A stretch of DNA of 64,000 nt from the human T2T-CHM13v2.0 reference genome, Homo sapiens. Positions 48,045-62,044 of this stretch are shown here, piece after piece. The translations under genes were made by a program, and so were the position numbers. The DNA lies in assembly GCF_009914755.1 (NCBI RefSeq), contig NC_060935.1, one strand, 5' to 3'. The notes beneath the pieces are model-generated. The model was not told the DNA's origin, made no database searches, and worked only from the letters and a program-made list of their open reading frames with translations. The first letter of the stretch is position 1; each line of letters begins with the position of its first letter.

Positions 48045-49049
48045 TTGGTTCAGGATCTTTACCTTATTAATCAAATCATCCTTCCCATCTATCCTATAGT
48101 GCCAAACCCATATACTCTCCTATCCTCAATACCTCCCTCCACAACCCATTATTCTGTTCTGGATCTCCAAGATGCTTTCTTTACCATTCCTTTACACCCT
48201 TCATCCCAGCCTCTCTTCGCTTTCACTTGGACTAACCCTGACACCCATCAGTCTCAGCAACTTACCTGGGCTGTACTGCTGCAAGGCTTCAGGGACAGCC
48301 CTCATTACTTCAGCCAAGCTCTTTCTCATGATTTAATTTATTTCCACCCATGTGCTTCTCACCTTATTCAATATATTGATGACCTTCTACTTTGTAGCCC
48401 CTCCTTTGAATCTTCTCAACAAGACACACTCCAGCTCCTTCAACATTTATTCTCCAAGAGATATTGGGTATCCCCCTCCAAAGCTCAAATTTCTTCTCCA
48501 CCCGTTACCTACTTCAGCATAATTCTTCATGAAAACACATGTGCTCTCCCTGCCGATCATGTCCGGCTAATCTCTCAAACCCCAACCCCTTCTACAAAGC
48601 AACAACTCCTTTCCTTCCTGGGCGTGGTTGGATACTTTCGCCTTTGGATACCTGGTTTTGCCATCCTAACAAAACCATTATATAAACTCACAAAGGGAAA
48701 CCTAGCTGACCCCATAGATCCTAAATCCTTTCCCCACTCCTCTTTCCATTCCTTGAAAACAGCTCTAGAGACTGCTCCCACACTAGCTCTCCCTGACTCA
48801 TCCCAACTTTTTTCATTACACACAGCTGAAGTGCAGGGCTGTGCAGTCAGAATTCTTACACAAGGACCAGGACTGAGCCCTGTAGCCTTTTTGTCCAAAC
48901 AACTTGACCTTACTGTTTTAGGCTGGCCCTCATGTTTGCATGCGGCGGCTGCTGCTGCTCTAATACTTTTAGAGACCCTCAAAATCACAAGCTATGTTCC
49001 ACTTACTCTCTACAGTTCCCATAACTTTCAAAATCTATTTTCCTCCTAA
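48045..49049 (+). pseudogene. pol: HERV-H reverse transcriptase, open frame of 334 codons
   Basis: VLDLQDAFF, WAVLLQGFRDSP, QYIDDLLL and SFLGVVGYFR motifs; TTG start; frameshifting deletion upstream near 47996. Confidence 0.93.
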
Positions 49050-49055
49050 TGTTGG

Positions 49056-49700
49056 ATGCCTATACCGCCCCCCCGGCTCCTTCAGCTGTACTCACTATTT
49101 GTTGAATCTCCCACAATTACCATTGTTCCTGGGCCAGACTTCAATCCAGCCTCTCATCTTATTCCTGATACTACATCTGAGTCCCATGACTGTATCTCTC
49201 TAATCCACATGGCATTCTCCCCATTTCCCCATATTTCCCTCTTTCCTGTTCCCCACCTAGGCCACACTTGGTTTATTGATGGTAGTTCCTCCAGGCCCAG
49301 TCACCAATCACCAGTAAAGGCAGGCTATGCTATAGTGTCTTCCACATCTATCATTGAGTCTATGGCCCTGCCCGCTTCCACTACCTCTCAACAAGCTGAA
49401 CTCATTGCCTTAACTTGAGCTGTCATTCTTGCAAAGGGACTACGTGTCAATATCTATACAGATTCCAAGTATGCCTTCCACACCCTTCACCACCATGCTG
49501 TTATATGGGCAGAAAGAGGTTTCCTCACTACACAAGGGTCCTCCATTATTAATGCCTCCTTAATAAATAAACTCTTCTTAAAGCTGCTCTACTTCCAAGG
49601 AAGCTGGGGTCATTCACTGCAAGGGGCATCAAAGGGCATCAGATCCCATCACTAAGGACAATGCTTATGCTGATAAGGTACCTAAAGAAGCAGCTAGCAA
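49056..49700 (+). pseudogene. pol: HERV-H RNase H remnant; integrase absent
   Basis: WFIDGSS, AGYAIV, SQQAELIALT then stop, VNIYTDSKYAF; sequence jumps to env at about 49700. Confidence 0.9.
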
Positions 49701-49704
49701 ACAG

Positions 49705-50157
49705 CTTCCTGTTCCCCTCATGACACCAACACTTCACTACTATTTTGTTTTGTTTTTCTTATTATTAATATAAGAAGACAGGAATAGGCCTCGACTTACT
49801 GCTAAAAAAGGAGGACTCTGTATATTTTTAAATGAAGAGTGTTGTTTTTACCTAAATCAGTCTGGCCTGGTATATGACAACATAAAAAACTCAAGGATAG
49901 AGCCCAAAAACTCGCCAACCAAGAAAATAATTACGCTAAATCCCCTTGGGTACTCTCTAATTGGATGTCCTGGGTCCTCCCAGTTCTTAGTCCTTTAATA
50001 CCTGTTTTTCTCCTTCTCTTATTTGGACTTGTGTCTTCTGTTTAGTTTCTCAATTCGTACAAAACTGCATCCAGGCCATCACCAATCATTCTATATGACA
50101 AATGCTCCAACAACCCCACAATATCACCCCTTACCCCAAAATCTTTCTTCAGTTTAA
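49705..50157 (+). pseudogene. env: HERV-H env remnant (end of SU plus TM)
   Basis: LPVPLMTPT, then GLDL..KKGGLCIFLNEECCFYLNQSGLVYDNIK..LSNWMSWVLPVLSPLIP. Confidence 0.92.
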
Positions 50158-50316
50158 TCTTTCCCACTCTAGGTTCCCACACTGCCCCAATCTCACTCAA
50201 AGCAACCCTGAGAAACATTGCCATTATCTCTCCATATCACCCCCCAAAATTTTCGCCGCCCCAACACTTCACCACCATTTTGTTTTGTTTTTCTTATTAA
50301 TATAAGAAGACAGGAA

Positions 50317-50754
50317 TGTCAGGCCTCTGAACCCAAGCTAAGCCATCATATCTCCTGTGACCTGCACGTATACATCCAGATGGCCTGAAGCAACTGAAGA
50401 ACCACAAAAGAAGTGAAAATAGCCAGTTCCTGCCTTAACTGATGACACTTCACCACTGTGATTTATTCCTGCCCCATCCTAACTGATCTTGTGACATTCC
50501 TTCTCCTGGGCAATGAATCTCAGGAACTCCCCACCAAGCACCTTGTGACCCCTGCCCCTGCCCACAAGAGAACAACCCCCTTTAACTGTAATTTTCCACT
50601 ACCTACCTAAATCCTATGAAACTGCCCCACCCCTATCTCTCCCCTTTTGCTGACTCCTTTTTCGTATTCAGCTCACTTGCACTCAGGTGATTAAAAAGCT
50701 TTATTGCTCACACAAAGCCTGTTTGGTGGTCTCTTCACACAGATGCGGGTAACA
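50317..50754 (+). promoter_or_regulatory. 3' LTR7 with ATTAAA at 50690-50695; TATA mutated to TATGAAA
   Basis: Preceded by PPT AAGAAGACAGGAA; roughly 92% identical to the 5' LTR by manual alignment. Confidence 0.93.
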
Positions 50755-50832
50755 CCAATAGGCAGTAGGTAGACATGAGCACGGGGGAATTAAAGGGTCA
50801 AAGATTTGACCAAAATATTGGTTGGGGGAAAA

Positions 50833-51568
<736 letters not shown>

Positions 51569-52020
51569 GTAGAATCATCCAGAGAGCTTTAAGAAATCCA
51601 AATGGGCCGGGCATGGTGGCTCACGCCTGTAATCCCAGCACTCTGGGAAGCCAAGGCATGTGGATTGCTTGAGCTCAGTTCACAGCCTGGGCAACATGGC
51701 AAAACCCCATTTCTACAAAAAATACAAAACTCAACTGGGTATGGTGGTGCATAGCTGTAGTCCCAGCTATTGGGGAGGCTGAGGTGGGAGGATGGCTTGA
51801 GCCCAGGAAGTCGAGGCTGCAATGAGCCATGATCTTGCTACTGCACTCCAGCCTGGGGTGACAGAGGAGACTGTCTTCTAATGCCTGTGCTGTACCCCAG
51901 ACCAGAGCCTCGGGCTGGGACCCTGGGCAGCAGACTTTTTCAGCTCCCCAAGTGATTCCAAAGTGCATCCAAGATGGAGAGGCATTGGACTAGATAATCT
52001 CTAAGGTTTCCTACCATTCT
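51569..52020. mobile_element. Remainder of the MER5A-type element and MIR end, split by an Alu
   Basis: TAGAATCATCCAGAGAGCTTT..AGCTCCCCAAGTGATTCCAAAGTGCATCCAAG, then GGACTAGATAATCTCTAAGG. Confidence 0.65.
51605..51878 (+). mobile_element. Alu (AluJ-type), tail lost
   Basis: Dimer body ending GAGACTGTCTT. Confidence 0.9.
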
Positions 52021-52474
52021 GGCATTAGGAAGCTAGAGAAAAACAACAATAAATAATTATTATATAATGGCTACTACACATTGAGTGGTGTCAAGCACTT
52101 CACCTAGAGCTCTATGTGTGCTATTTAATATTCACAGTTAACTTAAGGGGTAGGAATTATACAAATGAAGAAATAAGTTTGAAATGATTTTCATTTGCCC
52201 AACATCATGTAGCTAAATGTCAGAGCTAGAATTTTTACACAGGTCTGTCTGCTGCCCCAAATGGAAACTTGAAATTATTGCATTCTACTATTTTGCATAA
52301 CTCTCACATGGCATTGAAAATGATTTTTTTAAATCTTCCTTACTTGGATGGAGGCAAATGCCTAACGCTTGTGAATGGGTAAAATATTTCCGTGAACTTA
52401 GGGGCTTTCACTCTATTTCCAGATACATATTTCTTGTTATAATGGCTCCACTTCTAAATACGGGCTGTAACCAT

Positions 52475-52701
52475 CTTTTTTTTAGACAGAGTCTAGCTCT
52501 GTCACCCAGGCTAGAGTGCAATGGCATGAGCTCAGCTCACTACAACCACAGCCTCCAAAGTAGCTGGGACTACAGGCACGCACCACCACACCTGGCCAGT
52601 TTTTATATTTTTTGTAGAGATGGGGTTTTGTCATGTTGCCCAGGCTAGTCTTGAACTCCTGAGCTAAAGCAATCCTCCTGCCTTGGCCTCCCAAAGTGCT
52701 A
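52475..52701 (-). mobile_element. Partial Alu (AluJ-type)
   Basis: Antisense Alu with internal and 5' deletions. Confidence 0.88.
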
Positions 52702-52776
52702 TTTTTTATTCAGTATCTTCATACTGAAAAAGTCGACTGTGGAGCATGAATGACCACCAAACAAATGAGGTTAAGA

Positions 52777-52794
52777 TGCTGCCATCTTGTGGCA
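52777..52794 (-). promoter_or_regulatory. Candidate CTCF motif
   Basis: Minus strand TGCCACAAGATGGCAGCA closely fits the CTCF core; motif only. Confidence 0.5.
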
Positions 52795-52968
52795 TTTTGG
52801 GCCAGGCCAAGTGTGTAAGTAACCAACAGCGAGGACAGCCCCGCACATGAAACTCTACCCACACCTGCTGTTTTGCCATCTTTCCAGTGCCTTCCTACCG
52901 GTAACATCATTTTCTTTCTTCAAATTTAACACTAAGAAGGAATCAATGACAGCAACACAAGAAAATAA

Positions 52969-53317
<349 letters not shown>

Positions 53318-53789
53318 CTCCTTCTAATAACTTGTCGTGTATAATCTTTGTCAGGTTAATTTTTCTGGGTCTGAAATTTCCTTCTATAAAATGGGGACAG
53401 TAACACTCATCTCATAGTATTGTTGTAAGTTCAAATTAGAACACGTGTGTAAATTCCTGGCAAATTGTAGGCATTTAACAAATGTGGCCAGACGTTCCTC
53501 CACTTAAACATTTGTGCTGTTGTGGGTGTTGCAATGCAAAACCCCTATCACTGAGTTCCCCCCACCACCCCCAGCAGTTTCCCCATTACTCACAGCATTC
53601 CAAGATCCTATCAGAGTCTGTATCCTCCAATTCTGCTTATCTCTTACCCCTGGACTTTTCACCCGGCCGACCCTGGGTGACCTGATACACAGCTCCCTCT
53701 CTGGCCTCAGTTCCCAACACCATGCCTCTCCTTCACCCTGCTCTGCCCACTGGCCTCCTCCCTTTTGCTGTTCCTCTGCCTGAAAGGCT

Positions 53790-54040
53790 CCCCTAGATAC
53801 TCTCACAAAGTAGCACAAACACACAAATCCATCCCCAGTCCCTTTCTATCCCCTTTGACCTGTGTAGTTTTAATTTGCAGCACCTCTACCACTCATCTCA
53901 TATTATATGTTTATTATTTTCTGGCTCCCTGCCCCAACTTAAGCACCTGAAGAGAGAGACTTCATCTGTCCCTAGCGCCTTGCACAGTGCCTGGCACAGA
54001 CTAGGCACCCAATTCATATTCGTTGAGAGAATGAACAAAC
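53790..54040. mobile_element. L2 3' end
   Basis: CCCTAGCGCCTTGCACAGTGCCTGGCACAGACTAGGCACCCAA..TTGAGAGAATGAAC. Confidence 0.7.
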
Positions 54041-54166
54041 ACCCGGGTAAAGGAATCTAGATGGGTGGCCAAGGCCATTTCCAGAGCACCAGCTCTCACG
54101 GTTTCAAGAATCACTGGAAGCTTATTCCAGGACCCCATCCACAGAGATCTGAGTAAGGATCTGTAA

Positions 54167-54491
<325 letters not shown>

Positions 54492-54616
54492 AAGTAGGCA
54501 TTTTAAATGACATCCATGTGAGTCTGAGGCAGTGGTCTGTGGCTCCTTTTGAAAAACACTGCTGTAGGGGAACAGATAAGCCTAAGAATAAGTTTACTAG
54601 AACAGGGATGCCCTAA

Positions 54617-54862
54617 CAGAGTTTCTTAATCTTGGCACTAATAGCATTTGGGACCAAATCAATTCTTTGTCCTGGGTGCTGTCCTGTGCACTGCAGGATG
54701 TTTCATAGGATCCCTGGCCTCTGCTTGCTAGATGCCAGTAGCAATGCCCGCTCCCACCTGCTGTGACAATCAAAACTGTCTACAGACAATGCCAAATGCC
54801 CCAAGGGGTGGTGGGGTGGAGGGGGGTGCAAACTTGCTGCCACCACCTTCCACAGAAAACTA
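54617..54862. mobile_element. MER20 hAT-Charlie element
   Basis: TTTCTTAATCTTGGCACTA..CTGTCCTGTGCACTGCAGGATGTTT..CTAGATGCCAGTAGCA..TGTCTACAGACAATGCCAAATG. Confidence 0.85.
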
Positions 54863-55399
54863 TTTCCCTGGAGTGTGCAAGGCCCTGGGCCAGTGTGTGT
54901 GGGTGTGTGTACGGGTGGGGGGAATGTTAATATTAACAATATGTTTTAAAATGTATTGCAAAACTCATGAGCTCATGTGAGCTATGGTGATTTACTGATG
55001 AAGATTTAGAATGAGTATAGAAGAGGTATTCAGGTATTTGTTGTCAAGTCAGTGCGCATGAAGATTCTTTGTAGTGTCCAGGTGCCGTGTCTTTCTGTTC
55101 TGGTTTGAGAACCACCTTTTTATGTTCTTTATTTTCAAATGCACCATTCCTTGCTGGTTTCATGGCTCCTACTCCTGAAGAAGGTAGCAATGCTGTTATT
55201 ACTCACAATGCCATGACTGCTTGGAACCTGTTTGTATTGAAGCAATATAGACCTTTTGGCTTCTGCTGATCCTCAAAACCTTTAACTCATGACACTGAAT
55301 CATCCACCATAAGCACGTGGCTCCAGTGGCTCTGTTATAAAGATTGTTATCATGCTTCATTGATGACTAACACAAATGCACGTCTTATCCAGAGTCTGA

Positions 55400-55802
<403 letters not shown>

Positions 55803-58800
55803 TGAACTCATTAGGGTGTTATCATTGCATTTCCTTGAATGTAATCTTCCTCAGTATCAGTGGAACCCTTCCCTTTCATCAGCAGGCAGAATAGATGAGT
55901 GGCCCATCTGCACAAGAGTGCTCTGGATAGGAGGTGTCACAGTGTACACAGGCAAGAGTCAGTGGACAGGCCCACACATGCAGCCCAAGCCAAAAGGTCA
56001 GTAGTAGAGAAGGAGCAGAAATTCCAAGATATGTGAGGGGGAAGATCAACAAAGTGCTAAGGTATAGCAGCTCAGTGTCTGCTTGTGACAGTCAACCGAA
56101 ATCTGCATCGGCACCATCCTAATGGTCCAACTTCACATGAGCCAGTAAAATAATATTGTGCTAGCCAGCAGGAGTGATCTGCCCCACAGGCTGTCCTTTT
56201 GGAAATGTGGCCTGGCCACTGGGCTCTGAGACCATTCCATAGGCACACGTTCTACAGCTCCTCAGGACATCTGTTTGACCCCATGCACTAGGAAGAAGGT
56301 TAGAGAGCACTTGAAGGGGAGAAACTGAGTTTAGAGCACCCCACCTGGAGAACACTACTAGCCCCAGCCTGTCCCAGTCAAAAGAGAGAAACTTAAAATT
56401 TCAAGGTGGGTACTCCACAGCGGGATGGAGGGTGACAGGGCCCTGTCTGCCCAGGGCCAAGGGTGGTAGTACTGCACTAGAGCAATGGTGAGTAAGTCAG
56501 TAGCTTCTTAAAGTGTTCTTTCATGGGAGGGCAAGGTTCACTTGGTGGAGCATTGGGACTTCAGTACTGGATTATTCCTGGGATGTTAATTATTAATGTT
56601 ATATATGTTAGCTGGTGGTAAAACATGTAAGATAAAGCTAGAGAAATTATTTTTTTAATTTTTAATTTTTATGGGTACATAGTAAGTGTATACATTTATG
56701 GAGTGTATGGGATATTTTGATACAGGCATACAATGTGTAGTAACCACATCAGGATAAATTGGTATCCATCACCTCAAGCATTCATCCTTTCTTTGTGTTA
56801 CAAACATTCCAACTGTACTCCCTCAGTTATTCTAAAATATACGACAAATTATTGCTGACTGCAGTCACCCTGTTGTGCTATCAAACACTAGATCTTATTC
56901 ATTGTATCTAACTATATTTTTATATATGTTACCCATCCCCATTTCTCACCCACTGGCCTTCTCAGTCTCTGGTAACCATCACTCTACACTCTCTGTGAGT
57001 TCAATGGTTTTAACTTTTAGCTCCCACAAATGAGTAAGAACATGAGAAGTTTGTCTTTCTGTGCCTGGCTTATTTCACTTAATATAATGTCCTCCAGTTC
57101 CATCCATGTTGTTGCAAATGACAGGATCTCATTCTCTTTTATGGGTGAATAGTACTCCATTGTGTATATATACTACATTTTCTTTATCCATTCATCTGTT
57201 GATGGACATTGAGGTTGCTTCCAAATCTTGGCTATTGTGAATAGTGCTGCAGTAAACAAGGGAGTGCAGATATGTCTTCAACATACTGATTTCCTTTGAG
57301 TATATACCTAGCAATGGGATTCTTGGATCATATGGTAGCTCCATGTTTAGTTTTTTGAGGAAATTCTATACTGTTCTCCATAGGGGTTAAACTAATATGT
57401 ACTCCCATCAACAGTGTATGAGGGTTCCCCTTTCTCCACATCTGTGCCAGTGTTTGTTATTGACTATCTTTTGGATAAAATCAATTTTAACTAGGGTGAG
57501 ATGATATCTCATTGTAGTTTTCATTTGCATTTCACCTTTTTAAATACCTGTTTCCCATTTGTATGTTTTCTTTTGAGAAAAGTCTATTCAGATCTTTTAT
57601 CCATTTTTTAATCAGATTATTATATCTTTCCCTTTGAGTTGTTTGAGCTCCTTATATATTCTGGTTATTCATATCGTGTCAGATGGATAGTTTGCAAATA
57701 TCTTCTTTCATTCTGTGGGTTTCCTCTTTACTCTGTTGATTGTTTCCTTTGCTGTGTAGAAGCTTTTTAACTTGATGTGATCCCATTTGTCCATTTTTGT
57801 TTGGTAGCCTGTGTTTATGAGCTATTACTCAAGAAATCCTTACCCAATAGCTACAAATAAAAGACATATATGACAGACCCACAAAATACCCCTGGAAAGT
57901 TTCCCCAATGTTCTATTTTAGTAGTTTCATAGTTTCAGTTCTTAGATTTAAGTCTTTAATCCACTTCAATTTTATTTTTGTATATGGTGAGAGATAGGAG
58001 TCCAGTTTCATTCTTTTGCATATGGATATCCAGTTTTCCCACCATCATTAATTGAAGAGACTGTCCTTTCCCCAAGGTATGTTGTTGGCATCTTTGTCAA
58101 AAATGTTCACTGTAGTTATATGGATTTGTTTATGAGTTCTCTATTCTGTTTCACTGGTCTATGTGTCTGGTTTTATGCCAGCACCATACTGTTTTGGTTA
58201 CTATTGCTCTGTAGTATAATTTGAAGTCAGGTAATGTGATGCCTCCAGTTTTGTACTTTTTGCTCAGGATGGATTTAGCTATTCTGGGTCTTTTGCAGTT
58301 CCATATATATTTTAGGATTACATTTCTGTGAAGAATGTCACTTATATTTTGATAGGGATTGCACTGAATCTGTAGAGTGCTTAGAGTAATATAGACATTT
58401 TAATAATATTGATTCTTCTAATTCATGAACAGGGAATATCTTTTCACTTTTTGGGTGTCCTCTTCAATTCTTGTATCAGTGTTTCATAGTTTTCATTGTA
58501 GAGATATTTCACTTATTTGGCTAAGTTTATTCCTTGATATTTTATTTGTAGCTATTATAAATAAGATTACTTTATTTCTTTTTCAGATTGTTCACTGTTG
58601 GAATATAGAAATGCTACTGATTTTTGTATGTTGATTTTGTGTTCTGCAACTTTACTGAATTTGTTTGTCAGTTCTAGTAGTTTTATGGTGGAGTCTTTAG
58701 GTTTTTCCAAATATAAGCTCTTATCATTTGCAAACAAGGACAATTTGACTTCTTTCTTTTCAATTTGGATGCTTTTTATTTCTTTCTCTAGTCTGATTGC

Positions 58801-59715
58801 TCAGTACTATGTTGAATAGCAGTGGTGAAAGGGGACTTCCTTGTCTTGTTCCAGAACTTAGAGAAAATGCTTTCAGTTTTTCCCCATTCAGTGTGATACC
58901 AGCTGTGGGTCTGTCATATATAGCTTTTATTGTGTTGAGGCATGTTCCTTCTACACCCAGTTTGCTGAGGATTTTTATCATGAAAGGATGTTGAATTTTA
59001 CCAAATGCTTTTTTGGCAGCAATTGAAATGATCACATGATTTTTGTCCCTCATTCTGTCGATATGATGTATTACATTGATTAAGTTGAACCATCTTTGTA
59101 TCCCTGGGATGAATTCCACTTGGTCATGATAAATGATCTTATTAATGTGTTGTTAAATTCAGTTTGCCAATATTTTGTTAAGATTTTTGCATCAATGTTC
59201 ACCAGAGATACTGGCCCTTAGTTTTCTTTTTTTGATGTGTCTTTGTGTGGTTTTGGTATCAGGGTAATACTTGTCTTATAGAATGAGTTTGGAAAAGTAT
59301 TCCTGCCTCCTCTATTTTTTGGAATAACTTAAGTTGGATTGTTATTAGTTTTTCTTTAAATGTTTGGTAGAATTCAGCAGCGAAGCCATTGGGCTCTGAG
59401 CATTACTTTGCTGGGAGACTTTTATTACACCTTTAATCCCATTATTTGTTACTGGTCTAGTCAGGATTTGTATTTCTTCATGGTTCGATCTTGGTAAGTT
59501 GTAGGTGTCTAGGAATTTATCCATTTCTTCTAGGTTTTTCCAATTTATTGGCATACAGTTGTTCATAGTAGTCTATAACGAAGTTTGAATTTCTGTGGTA
59601 TCAGTTGTAATGTCTTCCTTTTCATCTCTGATTTTATTCATTTGGAACTTCTTTTTTTCTTAGTCTGGCTAAAGGTTTGTCACTTTTGTTTATCATTTCA
59701 AAAATGCAACTTTTC

Positions 59716-60034
<319 letters not shown>

Positions 60035-60149
60035 TCATTTTGTTGATCTTTTGTATTGTTTTCTTCATTTCAAATGCATTTATTTCTGCTCTGATCTTTA
60101 TTATTTCTTTTCTTCTAATTTTGGGTTTGATTTACTCTTGCTTTTCTAG

Positions 60150-60320
60150 CTCGCTGTCTCTCTCTCTCTCTCTCTTTCCCTCTCTCTCTCTTTTGTATTT
60201 TCTATATAGATGGGGTTTTGACATGTTGCCCAGGCTGGTCTTGAACTCCTGGGCTCAAGCAATCTGCCCACTTCAACCTCCCAAAGTGCGGGCCACAGGT
60301 GTGAGCCACCAAGCTGGCCT
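60150..60320 (-). mobile_element. Alu left monomer (FLAM-like) with (TC)n tail, in L1
   Basis: AGATGGGGTTTTGACATGTTGCCCAGGCTGGTCTTGAACTCCTGGGCTCAAG; flanks TTCTAG. Confidence 0.85.
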
Positions 60321-60644
60321 TCTAGGTCTTTAAGATGCATCATTAGGATGTTTGTTTGATGTTTTTTTTTTAAATGTAGGTGCTTATTGTTATAAACTTT
60401 CCTCTTCATACTGCTTTTGTTGTATCCCATAGGTTTTGGCATGTTGTGTTTCCATTTTCATTTGTTGCAAGACATTTTAAAAATTCTTTTTTAATTTCTT
60501 CATTGACCCATGATCACTCAGGAGCATATTGTTTAATTTCCATATGTTTGTATAGTTTTCAAAAATCCTTTTATTATTGATTTTTGGCTGTATTCCATTG
60601 TAGTAAGAGAAGATACCTGATATAATTTATTTTTTTTCAATTAT

Positions 60645-61028
<384 letters not shown>

Positions 61029-61980
61029 TAAGTGCTGAGGAGAAGAATGCGTATTCTGTAGCTGTTGGATGAAATGTTCTGTAAATATCTATTAGGTCCA
61101 TTTGGTCTATAGTGCAAACGAAGTCTGATGTTTCTTTTTTGATTTTCTGTCTGGATGATCTGTCCAATGTTGCAAATGTGGTGTAGAAGGCTCCAGCTAT
61201 TATTGCATTGGGGTCTCTCTCTCTCTTTAGCTCTAATAATATGTGCTTTATATGTCTGGGTGCTCCTGTGTTGAGTGCATATATTTTTATAACTGTTATT
61301 ATCTTCTTGCTAAATTGACCCCTTTATCATTTTACAATAATATTCTTTGTCTTTTTAAAATAGGTTTTGTCCTGAAATGTATTTTGTCTTAAAAAAATAT
61401 AGCTACTCCTGCCCTTTCTTTTTCCATCCATTTATTTTCAGTGTTTATGTGTCTTCATAGGAGAAGTATATTTCTTGCAGGCAGTAGATCATTGGGTCTT
61501 GTTTTTTTAATCCATTCAGCCACTCTGTGTCTTTTGATTGAAGTTTAGTCCATTTATATTCAATGTTATTATTGATAAGAACTTATTACTGCCTTTTATT
61601 TGTTTTCTGGTTGTTTTGTAGTCTTCACCTCCTTCTTTCCTTTCTTCCTGTCTTCCTTGTAGTGAAGGTGATTTTCTCTGGTGGTATGTTTTAAATTCTT
61701 GCTTTTTATTTTTCATGTATCTGTTGTATGTTTTTCAATTTGAGGTTACCATACAGCTTGCAGATAATATCTTACAACCCATATTTTAAGCTGATGACAA
61801 CTTAACACTGGTTGCATAAACAAATGAACAAACATGCAATAAGAAAACTTATAAAAACTCTACATTTTAACTTCATCTGCTTGCTTTTTACCTTTTTGCT
61901 TTTTCTATTTATATCTTATTATATTGTCTGTATCTTGGAAAGTTGTTGTACTTCTTATTTTTGACAGGTTCATTTTTTGC

Positions 61981-62044
61981 GAGGGAGGCTTCCAGTGAAA
62001 ACAAGAAAGCCTGCTGGACAAATTCTAAAAAAGCTGTAACACTG
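61981..62044 (-). pseudogene. U7 snRNA retrocopy inserted in L1
   Basis: Reverse complement CAGTGTTACAGCTTTTTTAGAATTTGTCCAGCAGGCTTTCTTGTTTTCACTGGAAGCC matches recalled U7; TSD ACAGGTTCATTTTTT (61964-61978) / ACAGGTTCGTCTTTT (62045-62059). Confidence 0.92.

Larger units (their letters stand above)
45222..50754 (+). mobile_element. HERV-H provirus with two LTRs, internally deleted (5.5 kb)
   Basis: TG..CA LTRs, gag-pro-pol-env remnants, PPT, exact 5-bp TSD CCAAT at 45217-45221 and 50755-50759. Confidence 0.97.

Noticed and set aside
47124-48988. Antisense ORFs of 78-137 aa across HERV-H gag-pol
   Set aside because: Expected shadow frames opposite a former coding sequence; no independent support.
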